Notes: generated by a model not told the origin, from the letters alone. Shown: positions 1 to 14,614, counted from the stretch's first letter. The stretch: DNA of 64,000 nt from Octopus vulgaris (GCA_951406725.2 OX597820.1:62496001-62560000), one strand, 5' to 3'. Made by a program: numbers and translations.

Positions 1-1568
1 TCCTCCTCCTCCTCCTCCTCCCACCGGCTGCCCCTGCTTAAACAATCAATTCTTTGTACTCTTAAAACAATTCCTTCAGATTTACTACTGCCTACCTACC
101 GAGCATTCCCAAAGGAATAGAGAGAGAAAGGCAAACTACTTGAAGACTATGGAAATATTACAAATTATTTTACCTTTTTTTTCTCCAATTTAATTGTTTT
201 TCTTATTATAAAATGTCTAAAAGACTTGATGTACTACATGATAAAATTATTTTAGCAATTTCTACCTTATCTTATTTTCCTTATACATATCAACTCGTAT
301 ATTATTTACTTTTCTACCTTATATATATATATAGCAGCACCATGACGAAATTCACTTTCCCAGATTTTTTGAAATGGCATGCTATAGTGCTTGACATTCG
401 AGCCGAAAGCTCCAATACGAACATTTCAGAGTGTTTCAATCTGAGAACATATATCGAAAGTGATAGAAATCAAACATCCAGTGAATATTTATATATATAC
501 ATATAATAAATCCCCAAAAGAACAACAACGAACACAAGAAAACAACAAAGCATGGACGTGGTACATGTAAAGTACCACGTCAAGAAAGGAAGGAAAGATG
601 GTTTAACGTTTCGAGCAACGCGTGTGTTTGTGTGTATTCGTTTATGCTAGACATCTGAGAGAAGAGTGTTCAATACATATTCTAGAGCATCTATATATAT
701 TTGTTGAAACTGAAATTGAGCTTTGTTTCTCGCGACATGAATTTCATGCCTCTGTGGTCTTAAATCAACACGTATCCCAATATATATAGTAAAACAAATT
801 TTGTTCTGTATTCGAGATTATAAGATTATATTAATGATAATTAACACTTAGTTTTACGATTTCTCAATTAGGAATTTTGTAGTTTCGTCTTCCGGTGATC
901 CGGTATTTATTACTTCCATTTCAAAACCCGTAAAGATGTAACATATGTATCAGTAGACAGACATGTGGTAAAAGGCGATTATATGTTGATAGTCTTAGGT
1001 AACACGGAGAGACACAGAGTGGCAATTCATATAAAGCATTTTATATTTATAGTTTACGTAACTGAAATCTATATTATTACTCAGTTTCATGCACATTCCA
1101 AATCACACACACGTATGTATATGCGTGTGTGTGCGTCAGTGTATGTATTTATGTATGTATGTATGTGTATGCGTGTATGTGTGTGTGTGTGTGTGTATGT
1201 ATGTGTGTGTACGCAGGTGCGTGCGTCTGTGAGTTCGTGTGTATATTTTGAGTCAGTAAAAGAGAAGAATGGAAACGATATCACGTTAAAAAAAGCTATC
1301 GGAATACGTATATAGAAACATATATATGTACAGACACGCACGCACGTACACATATATATGTATATGATTAGATATATAAACATATATATATGAATGTATA
1401 TAGACATATATACACATATAAACACATATACACACACTCACACACACACATATATATATATACATACATACACATACATATACACACATATATATAAATA
1501 CATATAATATGATAGATATCGGGATACATACATGTACAGTGTACAGATACATGCACAGATTAAAAGAA

Positions 1569-1656
1569 AGATAGATGAAAAGATAGATAGAAAGTTTGGT
1601 AGACAGGCAAATAGATAGATAGATAGATAGATAGATAGACAGATAGATAGATAGAC

Positions 1657-1723
<67 letters not shown>

Positions 1724-1724
1724 C

Positions 1725-1784
<60 letters not shown>

Positions 1785-1800
1785 GGATAGATAGACAGAC
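1569..1800. repeat. (GATA)n/(GACA) microsatellite
   Basis: Long run of agat units directly visible; source of the spurious SIYL ORF. Confidence 0.97.
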
Positions 1801-1903
1801 AGTTTGTGTGTGACTGCATACTACATCTCTATGCAGTCAAAACTCTTGTGTGAACATGTATCTGCATGTTGGTGTCATTACATATCTATACATGTTTTCA
1901 AAC

Positions 1904-1964
<61 letters not shown>

Positions 1965-2228
1965 TGTTGCGTATGATTGCATAGTATATCTCTCAATGCT
2001 GTTAAAAGACTCGTATGTACATGTATATGCATGCATATCTCATTGCATATCTCATTGCATATCTTGTGTACGTACGTGTGTGTATCAGTATGTCTATTTT
2101 TGTAACTTTATTGCTAGTTGAATTCAAAACCTAAATTTTAAATAGAAATAATAAAGCAATATTTCTTTTGATCTGGTGTATGTTGAAAGCTTGCTCGATT
2201 CGCTAACAATACAACCTTTTTCTGTCGT

Positions 2229-2335
<107 letters not shown>

Positions 2336-3239
2336 ATATGTGTGTGTGTGTGGAGGGGGGTTGATGTAGAGATGTACGTATTTGTACGTTCGTATGAGAG
2401 TGATTGAATATATATCTATGTATATATATATAGTACATTCATGCATATATGTATTCATGCACGCATACTTACAAACATAGGAAGGTTGTACAAAACTCTG
2501 TTGTAATAGAACGAGTAAGAACGGCCTCACCCTTCTCCTGCGCCAAACCAGTACACATATTCATATATCCTATTTTATACGTTGAGTGGCTTGCCAGTTA
2601 CAATTTTCAAGTGCTTTATTTTCATGTTTCGAATATAGATGATTCACTTAAATGCATGTCAAACTGGTATGATATGCTCTTAGCTCCTGCCCTAAGTATT
2701 ACAAACATACGCGCGTACACACACACACACACACACACACATCATTATTTTGTATTATATTGTATTATCTTTTGTTGTATGCATGAGTGTGTGCACGCGC
2801 TGTGCATGTAGATTTTTGTTTTACATTCATATTTCGTGAACAATAGCTTCGTTCGTCACAGACTTCCAACGAACCAATTCCGCTTGTCAATCCTGCTATC
2901 AGAAATACGGTTTCACTGCATTTCTGACTGCAAGAAGTATGACAAGGTATTAACTCGAAGAACAAATAGCAAAGAAGGTATTTGTAGCCGTAAAATGTTT
3001 GGTTTTTTTTGCGTTTTCTGTCTGATATTTATATCATTTAACTATAAATGATACAGTTGTGTATGCTTGTATGTGTGCGTGTTTGTGTGTTGATTTTTGT
3101 GAACTGGGTGTTTCAATCCTATTCCAAAGATACTGAAAGAAAATAACACATTCTGCCATATGCATATACACATGTGTACAGATACATGTGTGCAGTACTT
3201 GGACAAAATATGGCAATATCTTGTTTAATGGGAAATTTA

Positions 3240-3545
3240 ATACAGAGTCGTTTCACCTTTGACATCATTAAGAGATTAAATATATAGAAGAATTAACTCG
3301 AACAGGTTACCAATTATTGTTAGGCGAATTTCGAGACATTCTTTAAGTAAAATCTGCTTCAGCTCTTTCAATGGCAATGGTGGAGAGAAGCGGTTTCCCA
3401 GTTGCTGGTCCCAAATACACGATTCGATTATATTCTTGAGATGCGGTGCAGCGATTGTAGGAAGCCGTTCCATGTGTCTACTTCGCTGATGATCGCTTTG
3501 TAACCGCGTGAAACGGTGCATTGTCATACAGCGAGATCGCGTAAA
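3240..3545 (-). mobile_element. Tc1-family transposase C-terminal relic
   Basis: Translation ...APHLKNIIESCIWDQQLGNRFSPPLPLKELKQILLKECLEI resembles the Tc1 SPDLNPIEHLW...PPP..LKEL..L.EEW segment. Confidence 0.65.
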
Positions 3546-3864
3546 CATAATAGAATATAGTATTTTTGCTTGTGCATGGTCACGAGTGTGTGTGAATGTG
3601 TGAGCGTTTGTGTGTGAGAGAGAAAGAATGAGAGAGAGAGAGAGAGAGAGAGAGAGGAGGGAGTGAGATGGAGTGAAAGAGATTGTGTGCTATTAATTCT
3701 GTGCACCGCTATTTGCAGCAACTATTTCCCAGGGGGTTAACTGGGTCTTATTTTTGAGGTAGTAGTCTTTATTCTGAGAACGTTTGCTATTTTATGTACT
3801 TCAGATTTTGCACTGATTTTTCCTTGTGGCTCTTGGTATTCAGATCTATTTATTTGCGCGGGTG

Positions 3865-4110
3865 TTTTTACTTGTTTCAGTTACTAAACTGCGGCGATGC
3901 TGGGGCATCGCCGTGAAAAGTTTTAGCTGAAGGAATTGACACCATTACCTACTATTTCAAGCTTGGTACTTATTGTATCACTCTATTTTTTTACCGAACC
4001 ACTAAGTTACTGAGATATGAGTACACGTACACAGGTTGTCTAGTAGTGATGGGGGACGCGCACACACACACACACACACACATATATACGACGAGCTTCT
4101 TTCAGATTCC
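3865..4110 (-). mobile_element. Octopus-type SINE (family A), 3' half, diverged
   Basis: ttttacttgtttcagt...gcggcgatgctggggcatcgcc matches the reverse complement of the family-A tail seen at 51350-51540. Confidence 0.8.
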
Positions 4111-4217
4111 ACACACATGCGCGTGCACACACACGTGCACATACCCATACGCGCACAATCATATTCAAATACACGTCTAAAAATACGCTTATGCTTTAGC
4201 CTCTTCCTTCTTCCGGG

Positions 4218-4380
4218 TAGTAGATGTGCGTAGCTTAGTGATTAGGGTGTTGGGTACATGAACGTAGGCTTATGGTTTCTATTCTGGGACCGGGCGTCGC
4301 GTTGTGTTCATGAGCAAAACACTTCATTTCACGTTACTTGAGTCCATACAACTGGGAAAGATGAGAATATAGCGGCGGGT
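4218..4380 (+). mobile_element. tRNA-derived SINE (family C), diverged
   Basis: Box A-like tagcttagtgattag, box B-like ggtttctattct, then ttgtgttcatgagcaaaacact shared with copies at 47665 and 56370. Confidence 0.6.
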
Positions 4381-4384
4381 CTCG

Positions 4385-4891
4385 TATTTTCCTTCCATTT
4401 CTCTGAGGTATTACCCATTCAGTGGTTTCCTTTTCCAATTGTTTACCCTTTCTTCTACAGCTTGCTTCTTAAATGTTTGTGTGTGCCTCACGTCTTCGGT
4501 AGGTACTCTGTTGTTAATTCTAACAGCAGCAAGAAAGGAATCACTATGCTTTTTAATGTACCATCCCGGACTGTTCTTCTCGTTGACAACACAGATCTTG
4601 CATCCTATGTAACCTCTTCTACCCCTATTTCTAGGCACATGTGTACTGTCAGTATCGCTTTTGGGGCATGATTCCTTTTTAATTGTCATAACATTTCTAG
4701 TTTTCCAGTCCATTTCTTCAAGCTCGTTCTTTGTCCACATAACAGCACCTGCATCGTATCACTGTTCATAGCCCTGATTTTGTTCTTCCCATTGAGCCTA
4801 CTTCCCATAATTAACTTGGTTCTTTGGAGATATTCTTGCCTAAAGCTTTCCTTCTTTTCACTTTTCTTAATTTCTAAAATACCCAGGTATT

Positions 4892-4895
<4 letters not shown>
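4385..4895 (-). mobile_element. R4/Dong-clade non-LTR retrotransposon RT-thumb fragment
   Basis: YKYLGILE...RLNGKNKIRAMN...WTKNELEEMDWKTR...VPRNRGRRG; 5' end abuts a (TAA)n tract, the known Dong-type target. Confidence 0.8.

Positions 4896-4950
<55 letters not shown>
4896..4950. repeat. (TAA)n microsatellite
   Basis: Perfect taa run. Confidence 0.97.
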
Positions 4951-4951
<1 letters not shown>

Positions 4952-4957
4952 TTTTTA

Positions 4958-6492
4958 AAGGATTGACGTAACTCTTCACAAAGGCAAACAAACAAGACGA
5001 GAGCGGGATGCGATTGCAATAGATATTTTATTGGTTGAACGATATTTCGCCAGCAAACCTGTCTTTGTTGAGTTCAAACACAAAGTGATGAATATTCAAA
5101 ATTATAGAAATTCAACTCTAAAGTATGAACGGCAGCAACCAGCGTCCACACGTCGATGGAATGGCATCATCAACCTTTAAGTTTCAATTTTATAACTGGC
5201 GAAAAGAAAGAGACAGAAAGAAAAAGGCGAGAAAAAAAAAGGAAAGAAAAAAGGAAAGGAAAAAGAAGAATATTCAAAACAGATTTGTGTAAATTTTATA
5301 ATATTCTCCTGTCATTTTATCCATTCCTCCAGGGCGTGATATTAATAACACGCAAACTTATTTTTCCTCATGCATTTTGAATATTGAAAGGGAAGCAGAT
5401 TCGGAATATTTTCTGAGAATATGCGCTTTCAAGTCTTTTTAAAAATTGCAGCCGTTTGAAACAAAATGTTCTGCAAGTTCTGTCGAGCCACTGTTATTGT
5501 GCCTGACGTCGTATCTGTGCCCATTAAAACTTTTGTATAATTATTCTGTTGTACAACCAAGATAAATCCATTTGTGTTTCATGCATCCTGATGCGTACAC
5601 CAAATGTGAATCGCTCCAAGTCCCACCTTCTGTATAAATCACAACATTTCTGTTAACCATTTTACCAACAATAACACTGAGCACCCCTTTTCAAACTCCA
5701 CCTGTCTAACACCCGTGGAGATGTTTACAAAGTCAGAAAACAGCACAGCTCCCATGACTTTCGGAAACATTTTTCTCACGCTAAGAGTTGCTGAAGCATG
5801 GAACAAACTGCCGGCATCAGTTGTTAGTTGTCCGAGCACTGCATCCTTCAAAACTTTCATGCTTCCTGAGATTCGCCAATACTTCACCTGATTGTATCCC
5901 CTCCATACACACGCAAGCATGTATCTGACTCATACACTGTTCACTTCCCAGACATTTGTACATTACTGCATATGCTTTATACGCACTTTTGACAAGTTGT
6001 GATGCACCTGGGCACTGTATACAATAATTTCATTATTATTATGATTCCTGATAGAACTTGACTCATGTTGTTGCACAATGAACAGGACTGAGGCTGTTTT
6101 TTCAAGGTACAGCGTACAGATACCCCAATGTTAGTTTTCTTGAAGTCAGAAATAGAGGTCAATAGATCTCTTATTTTTTTATTCCGTCTAATGGCTACAA
6201 GAGGTGACTGTGCAAATATCTGTTTGAAACAAGGATACTTTCCAGCAACATGCTGGTAACTTTAATACAACACTCTTGAAATACCAGCGAAATTTCGATG
6301 CCAGTTAATCACTGAAGGAATTCTGTTACATATTACATTGTGTTTGCTAAAATTATGCGTGAAGTTTTGACCTTCTTTGCTAATCTTAGCTCTCTCATTT
6401 ACTGTTTCCTTTAATCGTGATTCACTGTAACCGCGTTTGATATAATGGTATACAAAAGCATTTGCATGTTTCAAGTAATCCCCTATGTCAGT
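4958..6492 (-). mobile_element. Penelope-like element (RT C-terminus, GIY-YIG endonuclease, 3' terminal repeat region), decayed and split by a CR1 insertion
   Basis: KRGYSES...RIPSVINWH...SPLVAIRRNKKIRDLL (6170-6470), then HLVYASGCMKHKWIYLGCTT...FNGHRYD...LAEHF...PGGMD (5280-5635); hammerhead-like motif and AATAAA near 5025-5077. Confidence 0.8.
5637..6042 (+). mobile_element. CR1-type LINE 3' end
   Basis: RKHF...RVAEAWNKLPASVVSCPSTASFK then 3' UTR ending in (att)n. Confidence 0.85.
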
Positions 6493-6639
6493 ACTGACAT
6501 AGGGGAATCCCAGATGATTCTGTAGGTCTCCGACTCTGTCATTCTATGCAGTTTGTGTTTAATCCACCTCTTGCCTCTCTATCCTCCAATTTTCGCACAC
6601 TTTCCCATATAGCATTTTCGCTGCCTCATCATTTCACCA

Positions 6640-7547
6640 CAATTTGTAGTGGTTTTAAGCAACTCTAGAGGATTCGTTTGTGATATGAGCAATGGTTTCA
6701 TCTGCTCTCTTGCAGACGCAGGGAATGAGGTCGGTGGAAATCCTACCTTGGCATTCTATAGGGGGTTAGTGGAAATTAGATGCGACAACGTTTTTGGGGA
6801 GGCTTCGCGATTCAATGAGAAGCAACTGACTCATCGTTTCCGGAGGACTTTCGGACAGAGGCCTATAGATAATTTCGAGAAATCCCTGACCTGGTAATGC
6901 GATCTGGGAACGGTGCCGGTTCGGGATAAACTCCACAGGCACGGAAGTACTGTCAGTCGGAGATACCCCAAGATGTGTGCAGAGCAAAAAAGAAAAAAAA
7001 AACAACGCTCTGCACGCACTCATCCAGTGCCCAACAATTTCTAACGTGTGCGTTTATGTCGAGCACACCGATCCTATTGTCAAGATTTCTTCGCCTCCTT
7101 CTGTTGGCCAGGAAGGCCGAGCAGTTTTCATCTGCCTGGTGGTCATCAAAGGTTATCTAATGGACAAGATTGAAACGAATGCAGACGGGATCTTTCCTCT
7201 TTGTTGAATCCCTGATCGACTTTTTCAGGTTGCATTTCAAGAGGCGGATCAGAGTCGAGAGGGAGGTGCTCCCTTCTAGCAAATTTATCGAAAGGTAGAT
7301 GAAAGAGGCGAGTATGGTTCATATGAACAGGCCTGCTTTGAGCATGTGCTTCTGAGTGGAGCTAGAGAGAGATGAAGCACGTGCCTAAGTGGTCAGGGAG
7401 ACCGTGAATTTCTGCGAGGTTTGCACAGTTTTCCCTTGGAAGTCTCCCCACCTGTTGTAACTGTTTAATTTTATTGTTGTTTTATATGTTTACACGGTAA
7501 ACCACTCTGTGTCTTTGTATTTGCCCGATGTGACCAATAAAGAAAAC
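6640..7547 (+). mobile_element. L1/Tx1-clade LINE 3' end (zf-RVT region), frameshifted
   Basis: FEKSLTW*CDLGTVPVRDKLHRHG...RC...ALHALIQCP; ends at AATAAA followed by (ATT)n. Confidence 0.8.
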
Positions 7548-7563
7548 ATTATTATTATCATCA

Positions 7564-7624
<61 letters not shown>

Positions 7625-7679
7625 ATTATTATTATTAAAAGGAATCATTACTATTATCATTGATATTATTATTATTATT
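7548..7679. repeat. (ATT/ATC)n microsatellite
   Basis: Direct observation. Confidence 0.95.
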
Positions 7680-7759
7680 GCTTTTCCTTGACGGACCATT
7701 TTGGTATTGTGATTTTACTTCCGGTTTGTCTGGGAATTTAGTGTTTACGAAGCTGCTCA

Positions 7760-8117
7760 AATGTATTCATAAATACATATACACATAAATACATATATAC
7801 ATATATATACACATTTAGGTAGAAGCACACATACACACACAAACATACATGTTTGAACACGCATACATACTCAAACACACGCTTATGCAAACAACATCTT
7901 TCATCCAGCCATACAAGAAGCCACTGTATGTTTTTCTCTTCTACAAACAAACCAATTATCTATGTGCTTATCTTTATCTATCTGGTTATATTGCACCATC
8001 TGAGCTTGCCATCTTAGTATATAGCAATATATCAATATATCGATCTGTATAAATATCTTTCAATCTAGCTATCAATCTGTCTATACAATATCTATACATG
8101 TGTGTGTGCATACATAC

Positions 8118-8176
<59 letters not shown>

Positions 8177-8575
8177 GACGCACATACATTGACACACACA
8201 TTCGTACGCATATATGTATATATATTATGCATCTACATAAAAGAAAACAAACAATCTTTCTGACAATCTAACTATATATATTAGTCAATCTATTTTCATC
8301 CCATAAATGCATCCATCTTTTCACAGATATTTCCCAAGCAAACTTTTTTTTTTTATCCTTTTCCCATAATATTGCAAACGAGATTTATTAGTGAACTTCT
8401 TAGAAATTTATAGTTTCAGCAGACCTTTTTGGTTACAAAACATTTCTGATCTGATATTTAAAATACACGCATACAAAGAAGATATGATTGCAAGCACAGC
8501 AATACACGGTTATATTTATATGTTTATGTGTGTGTATACAGACTTACATAAACATATATGTATATGTGTGTATGC

Positions 8576-8651
<76 letters not shown>

Positions 8652-9469
8652 ATCTATCAATCTCACCCTCTCTCTCACAACATATATACATATACATATA
8701 CACATATATATTTAAGTATGCTTGGTATGGATATTTGTGTATATGTAGTATAACAATGTAATTCCGTTTGTTTCGCCCCCGCCCAAACATACATACACAG
8801 ATGCATATATAGATAAATATACATACATTTTAAATATATATATATATATATATATAACTTCACACACACAGACAATGTATATATATATATATATACGTAT
8901 TTATATGTGCTTATATATATATATATATATACATGTATGTACATACATATATATTTATATATACATACATGTATATAGGTATATATATATACACATATTT
9001 ATATATAAATATAAGTACACGTATATATGTACAAACACATACGCACGCACACATACACACACACTCACACACGCACACACACACACACACATATATATAT
9101 ACAAACATATACAAGGGATAGATACAAGTCGAAGGGGCGAGGGAGAGAAAGAGGGGGTAGAGATTGAGGAAGAAATGCAAAGAGGTAAAGAACAAATGTA
9201 ACAACGACATTGATAGGAAAAGATATTTATATTAACGTTATTTCCTCTGTTATACACAGTAGACACACATATATAGACACACATACATATACACACATAT
9301 ACAGATACATATATGTATTATTCAGGCATGTATATGTATATACGCATATACTCCAACATTTTGTATATAAATATACAAATATACATTCATAAAGCAATCT
9401 GCATTCAGGATGCTAGCATACACCAATAGTTATATATAGACACACACACAGAGACTTATATACATATAT

Positions 9470-9527
<58 letters not shown>

Positions 9528-10425
9528 TGATACAAATACACACACATATATGTGTATATGTATGTATATATATATATATATATGTATATGTTTATATATA
9601 TATGTATATATAAATATATACATGCATACATACATATATACATATATATATATAAACATAAATATATATATATACATATATATACACGTATATATGTGTG
9701 TGTATTTATATCAATGTAGATATATATATATATATATATATATATTCATATATATATTCATATATAAATACATTCATACGTACTGGAGTGTACGTACTTT
9801 TGAGTAATGAAATAGATGTCTGTATATATATTCATACATGTATTTAGGTATATATATTTATACACTTACACAGTCATAATGCAACGACACACATGATCCC
9901 GATTGCATATACTCACAAACTCTACACGCATTACATTACATGCACACACACAACCATGTATTGATGTGTGCGTATGCATCCCTGCGTGCGGTTTTTCGTG
10001 TGCGGGCACACGTGTGCATATACATGATACATTTCAAGAAACACATGCTTCTGGAACATATACACACATCATGTCTTCATCTCTGATATGTTTATTGGCC
10101 GGGACATAAATCAATAAAACCACTCAACTACCGATTAAAGACAGATAAGTTGCTCGTCTGCCATCAGTGTCATGTGCCCTAACGTATGCGTGTATGTGTG
10201 CATTTGTGTATGTGTGTGTTTGAGTGTCTATATGTGTGTGAGCATGTTACTATAAGAGCATATGTATCTATATACATATATAGATGTGTATAAACATTTT
10301 ATTTGTGTGTATTTCATGTAGATACGCATGTTATAGTCAGTGCATAAACTCTCTATATAGTATGTGAATGAATCATCTAACGACAGGGTGATTGTCTTGG
10401 TCTCATTGGAAAAGATTATAGCTTC

Positions 10426-10483
<58 letters not shown>

Positions 10484-10630
10484 ATTTATATACCCAAGTA
10501 TCTCCGTGTGGTTGCGTGTGTAGGTATGCATTAAAATTGCATATAGAAACTTATATTCATTCATATACACGCATAGTTTATGCACTGATTATATATATAC
10601 ATATATATATATATATATTTATACATATTT

Positions 10631-10677
<47 letters not shown>

Positions 10678-10770
10678 CATATATATATATATATACATAT
10701 ATATATACATACATACATATATATATACATATATACATACATACATACATATATATATATATACATATAT

Positions 10771-10832
<62 letters not shown>

Positions 10833-11140
10833 CTATATATATACGTACGTGTACATATATATATAGAGATAGAAATACACATACATATATATACATATAA
10901 ACATATGTGTATAGACACATACAGACACAAAAACTCGCACACACATACTCACACTCGCACACATGCAGAAGCACGTACATACATATCTACGGATATTTGT
11001 ATAAACGTGAGTATGTATATCTATATCAAGAAATATGCTAAAGTACTGTATATATTGATGTCTTGCGAAGAGCATTCAATGATCATATTCTTGAAAACAT
11101 TTAGACATATTAGCACGCGCGCGCACACGCACACACACGT

Positions 11141-11185
<45 letters not shown>

Positions 11186-11357
11186 TATATCAGCTCCATA
11201 GAAGCACATATATAAACTGTATATTTACGTGTACGCAGCGTTGTGTATATATATATATAGATCTTTAGACACGCACGTATACAAACAAATATATCTACAT
11301 ACACATATATATGTATGTCTGTGAGTGTATATATATATATATATATATATATTATGT

Positions 11358-11420
<63 letters not shown>

Positions 11421-11512
11421 TGTACGTATTCTTGTATATGTGGTGTACGTGTGCCCACTATAGTAAATATATGTGCGGTGTGTGTTTTGACGGTGTATAT
11501 AGTAATACATAC

Positions 11513-11567
<55 letters not shown>

Positions 11568-11968
11568 TCTGTATATATATATGTGTGTGTGTATGATATA
11601 TATATATATATATATATGTGTGTTTATATATATATATATACAGAGAGAGAGACATATATATGCATATACGCATATGTAAATACACATATAAACGCATATA
11701 TATATACATATATATATATATACCTGCATACATATAATATATATATATATCTATACATCTATTAAACGTATGCCTAATCTAAACGACAAATCTATAATAC
11801 AACTGCATGCCATATGTCCCTAATATATACATGCGTGTGTATGTATAAAAACATATACTGTTCCCCTTTCTACTGGGATCTCGAGACAAGCTCTGATGGA
11901 GACAGGAATATATACACTAACATACAAAAACATGCCAAAGTTTACATATATATACTCATACTGATATG

Positions 11969-12004
<36 letters not shown>

Positions 12005-12108
12005 ATGTGTGTGTACGTCTGTATGTGTGTTTGTGTATGCATGTATAAATATATGTATATATGTATGCATATGTATATATGTGTATATATGTATGTGTAT
12101 GTATGTCT

Positions 12109-12145
<37 letters not shown>

Positions 12146-12559
12146 TGTGTGTATGTGTACATATATATATATATATATGTTCCTGTATGTATCAGTTTTT
12201 TTTATGCTTGCGCCCGTGTGTGTATAAGTGTGTATATGTGAAAGAACCAATGTGTGCCTGAGTGTGTACTTTTTGTGTGTTCTTGTGTTTCTGTATTTCA
12301 CAAAATTAATACTGAATATATGCCATGCAGCAAAATATTATCATCAAATTGCTTTAAAAACAAATTAGCCACGTTCTCTTGAACAGGCAATGCTTAATGA
12401 AATGAGGCTTTCTATACTTAAATCTATGTAGATATATACATGCATGCATACATACATACATACATAAATACATGCATACGTACAAATAAACATATATATA
12501 TATATATATACATACACACATACACAGTCGCATGCATGTATGCATATATACATGTATAA

Positions 12560-12609
<50 letters not shown>

Positions 12610-12633
12610 GACACATATGTATGTGGGTATATA

Positions 12634-12670
<37 letters not shown>
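7760..12670. repeat. Compound (TA)n/(CA)n/(TCTA)n simple-repeat field
   Basis: Dense alternating purine-pyrimidine runs over about 5 kb with short unique spacers. Confidence 0.9.
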
Positions 12671-12673
<3 letters not shown>

Positions 12674-12832
12674 ATAAATGTCGACTATTCTATATACTAG
12701 TTTTACCACGCAGGCTTACACAAAGCCGTTTGATATTAGCGAATATACCATTTGCACTTATTTAGCTTTGCATTGGTGTGATTGTCTGGATAGAACGGTT
12801 TAAGTAATTTGATAGAGCTGTTGATATGAAGC

Positions 12833-12980
12833 GGTGCCGTGGCTGTCTGGTAAGAATCTTTTTTTCCCAACCCTGTGGCTTCGGTTTCAGTCTCACTACG
12901 TAGCACCTTAGGCAAGTGTCTTCTTATATAGAATTATGAGTGGGTCTGGGAGACGGGAACTGAAAGAAAGACGTCGTGTA
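12833..12980 (+). mobile_element. SINE family A 5' half (its 3' half resumes at about 13990-14175)
   Basis: gtggctgtctggtaag...ttcagtctcactacgtagcaccttaggcaagtgtcttc. Confidence 0.75.
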
Positions 12981-13006
12981 TACACACGCACACATGCATA
13001 CACACA

Positions 13007-13876
13007 CAGAGTGTGGTGAATAAACTGTCGTCTAAATCAAGCAAAAATGAAAATAACATTTGCATCTTATTTTAGCAGATATATATATATATATATATAT
13101 GCATATATATATATATGAAATATTAAAAGAGTGAATTTATTTAATAAAATCGCCATCGTCTTCAACCGCGGTCGCCAGACAAGTTTTGAATCTCCTGCAA
13201 CCCTTCTGGACGGTCTCCTTATTTAAGCTGGTGAATGCTGCCATAATCCTTGCCTTCAGTTCATCTATGGTGTTAAAAGATTTGTTGGTCTCTCGCTCAA
13301 CTACTTCCCACACATAATAACCAATGGGGTTGCAGTCTGGGGAGTTAGGTGGTCAGGTGGCCAGATGTTAGCGGTGATCTGGTCGCAAAACTTGTTTGAC
13401 AGCTATGACAGTGTTCTGCTTGTGTAGCATAACATAGGATCTTCCAGCAGCAACCCTCTTAACCCAAGGCAGCCGTTCCTCCTCCAGGCACTTGATGTGG
13501 GCCTCTATTTTGAGTTTGAGGCCGTGTGTGGAGATAAATTGAAGCATAACGTCGCCATCACTCCAAACGCGATCTCTCCAAACACCATAATGTTGACTGG
13601 ATGTTTGATTTCTATCACTCTCGGTACATGTCCTCAGATTGCACTGTCCTCAGATTGACACTCAAAGACTGATATATTTCTGGAGAATCCGAAGCGAATA
13701 CCAAGCGGTGCAGCATGTCGTTTCCTAGGAAAGAAAATTGCGTCATGGTGCTGTTTTTATCACAGACGGTGCCCAAATTACCCTACTATACTGTGTAGTC
13801 GACAAAATCAAAAGCAAATAATATGCACGCGCGAAATTTAAAATATAAAACTGTGACAATTTATCCTCGCACCATG
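13007..13876 (-). mobile_element. Internally deleted Tc1/mariner (maT/DD37D-like) transposon nested in a SINE microsatellite
   Basis: PPNSPDCNPIGYYVWEVVERETNK...ELKARIMAAF...DDGDFIK*; imperfect TIRs cagagtgtggtgaataaactgtc / gacaatttatcctcgcaccatg, TA on the right side. Confidence 0.8.
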
Positions 13877-13889
13877 TATATATGTGTTC

Positions 13890-13955
<66 letters not shown>

Positions 13956-13989
13956 TGTGTATGTGTGTGTGTATGTTCGCGTTTGTATG

Positions 13990-14175
13990 CGTGTTTCTGT
14001 TTGTCACCCACCGGTGTTGGTATGTTTATGTTTCCGTAACTTAGATGTTCGGTAAAAGTGAAGATAGAATATGTACATGATCCCAAAAATGTACTGGGGT
14101 CCACCCATTTGACTAAAAATTCTTCAAGACGGCACCTCAGCATGGCTACAGTCTAATGATTGAAACAGATTCAAT
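13990..14175 (+). mobile_element. SINE family A 3' half
   Basis: ccggtgttggtatgtttatgtttccgtaacttag...cggcacctcagcatggctacagtctaatgattgaaaca. Confidence 0.75.
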
Positions 14176-14614
14176 AGGAAAAATATACATATATCCATAG
14201 GCACTTACTAACGCGGTCATTCAAATAGCTCTTTTGTTTTAATAACGGTCAATCACACAGTAATTTCCTTTTGTTTAACGGTCATTTTCATAGCATTTTT
14301 CCGATGGCCGCGTGGATTTCCACTCCGACATCGGAGTGTATATATATACACACATACATATACCCACACACAGAGACATATATATGTATATATAATATGT
14401 ACCAAAATAACGAATAAAACATTAATTTTCAATACTATTTAGAAATAACAAAAGCAACCAGACAAGTACCACGGGACGTTTGACAACGCAGTCGTGATAC
14501 AACATCCGTTTAGAAGAGTGTTTCAAACAGATCGAACTGCGTGAATTAGAAATTCCATCACTCGAATTACAACTATCTAGAACAAGAATGTCTACAAGAA
14601 CGAGAGAACAGGAA

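Noticed and set aside
4686-4991. Signal-peptide-like poly-Leu or poly-Asn ORF
   Set aside because: (TAA)n tract fused to an R4/Dong fragment
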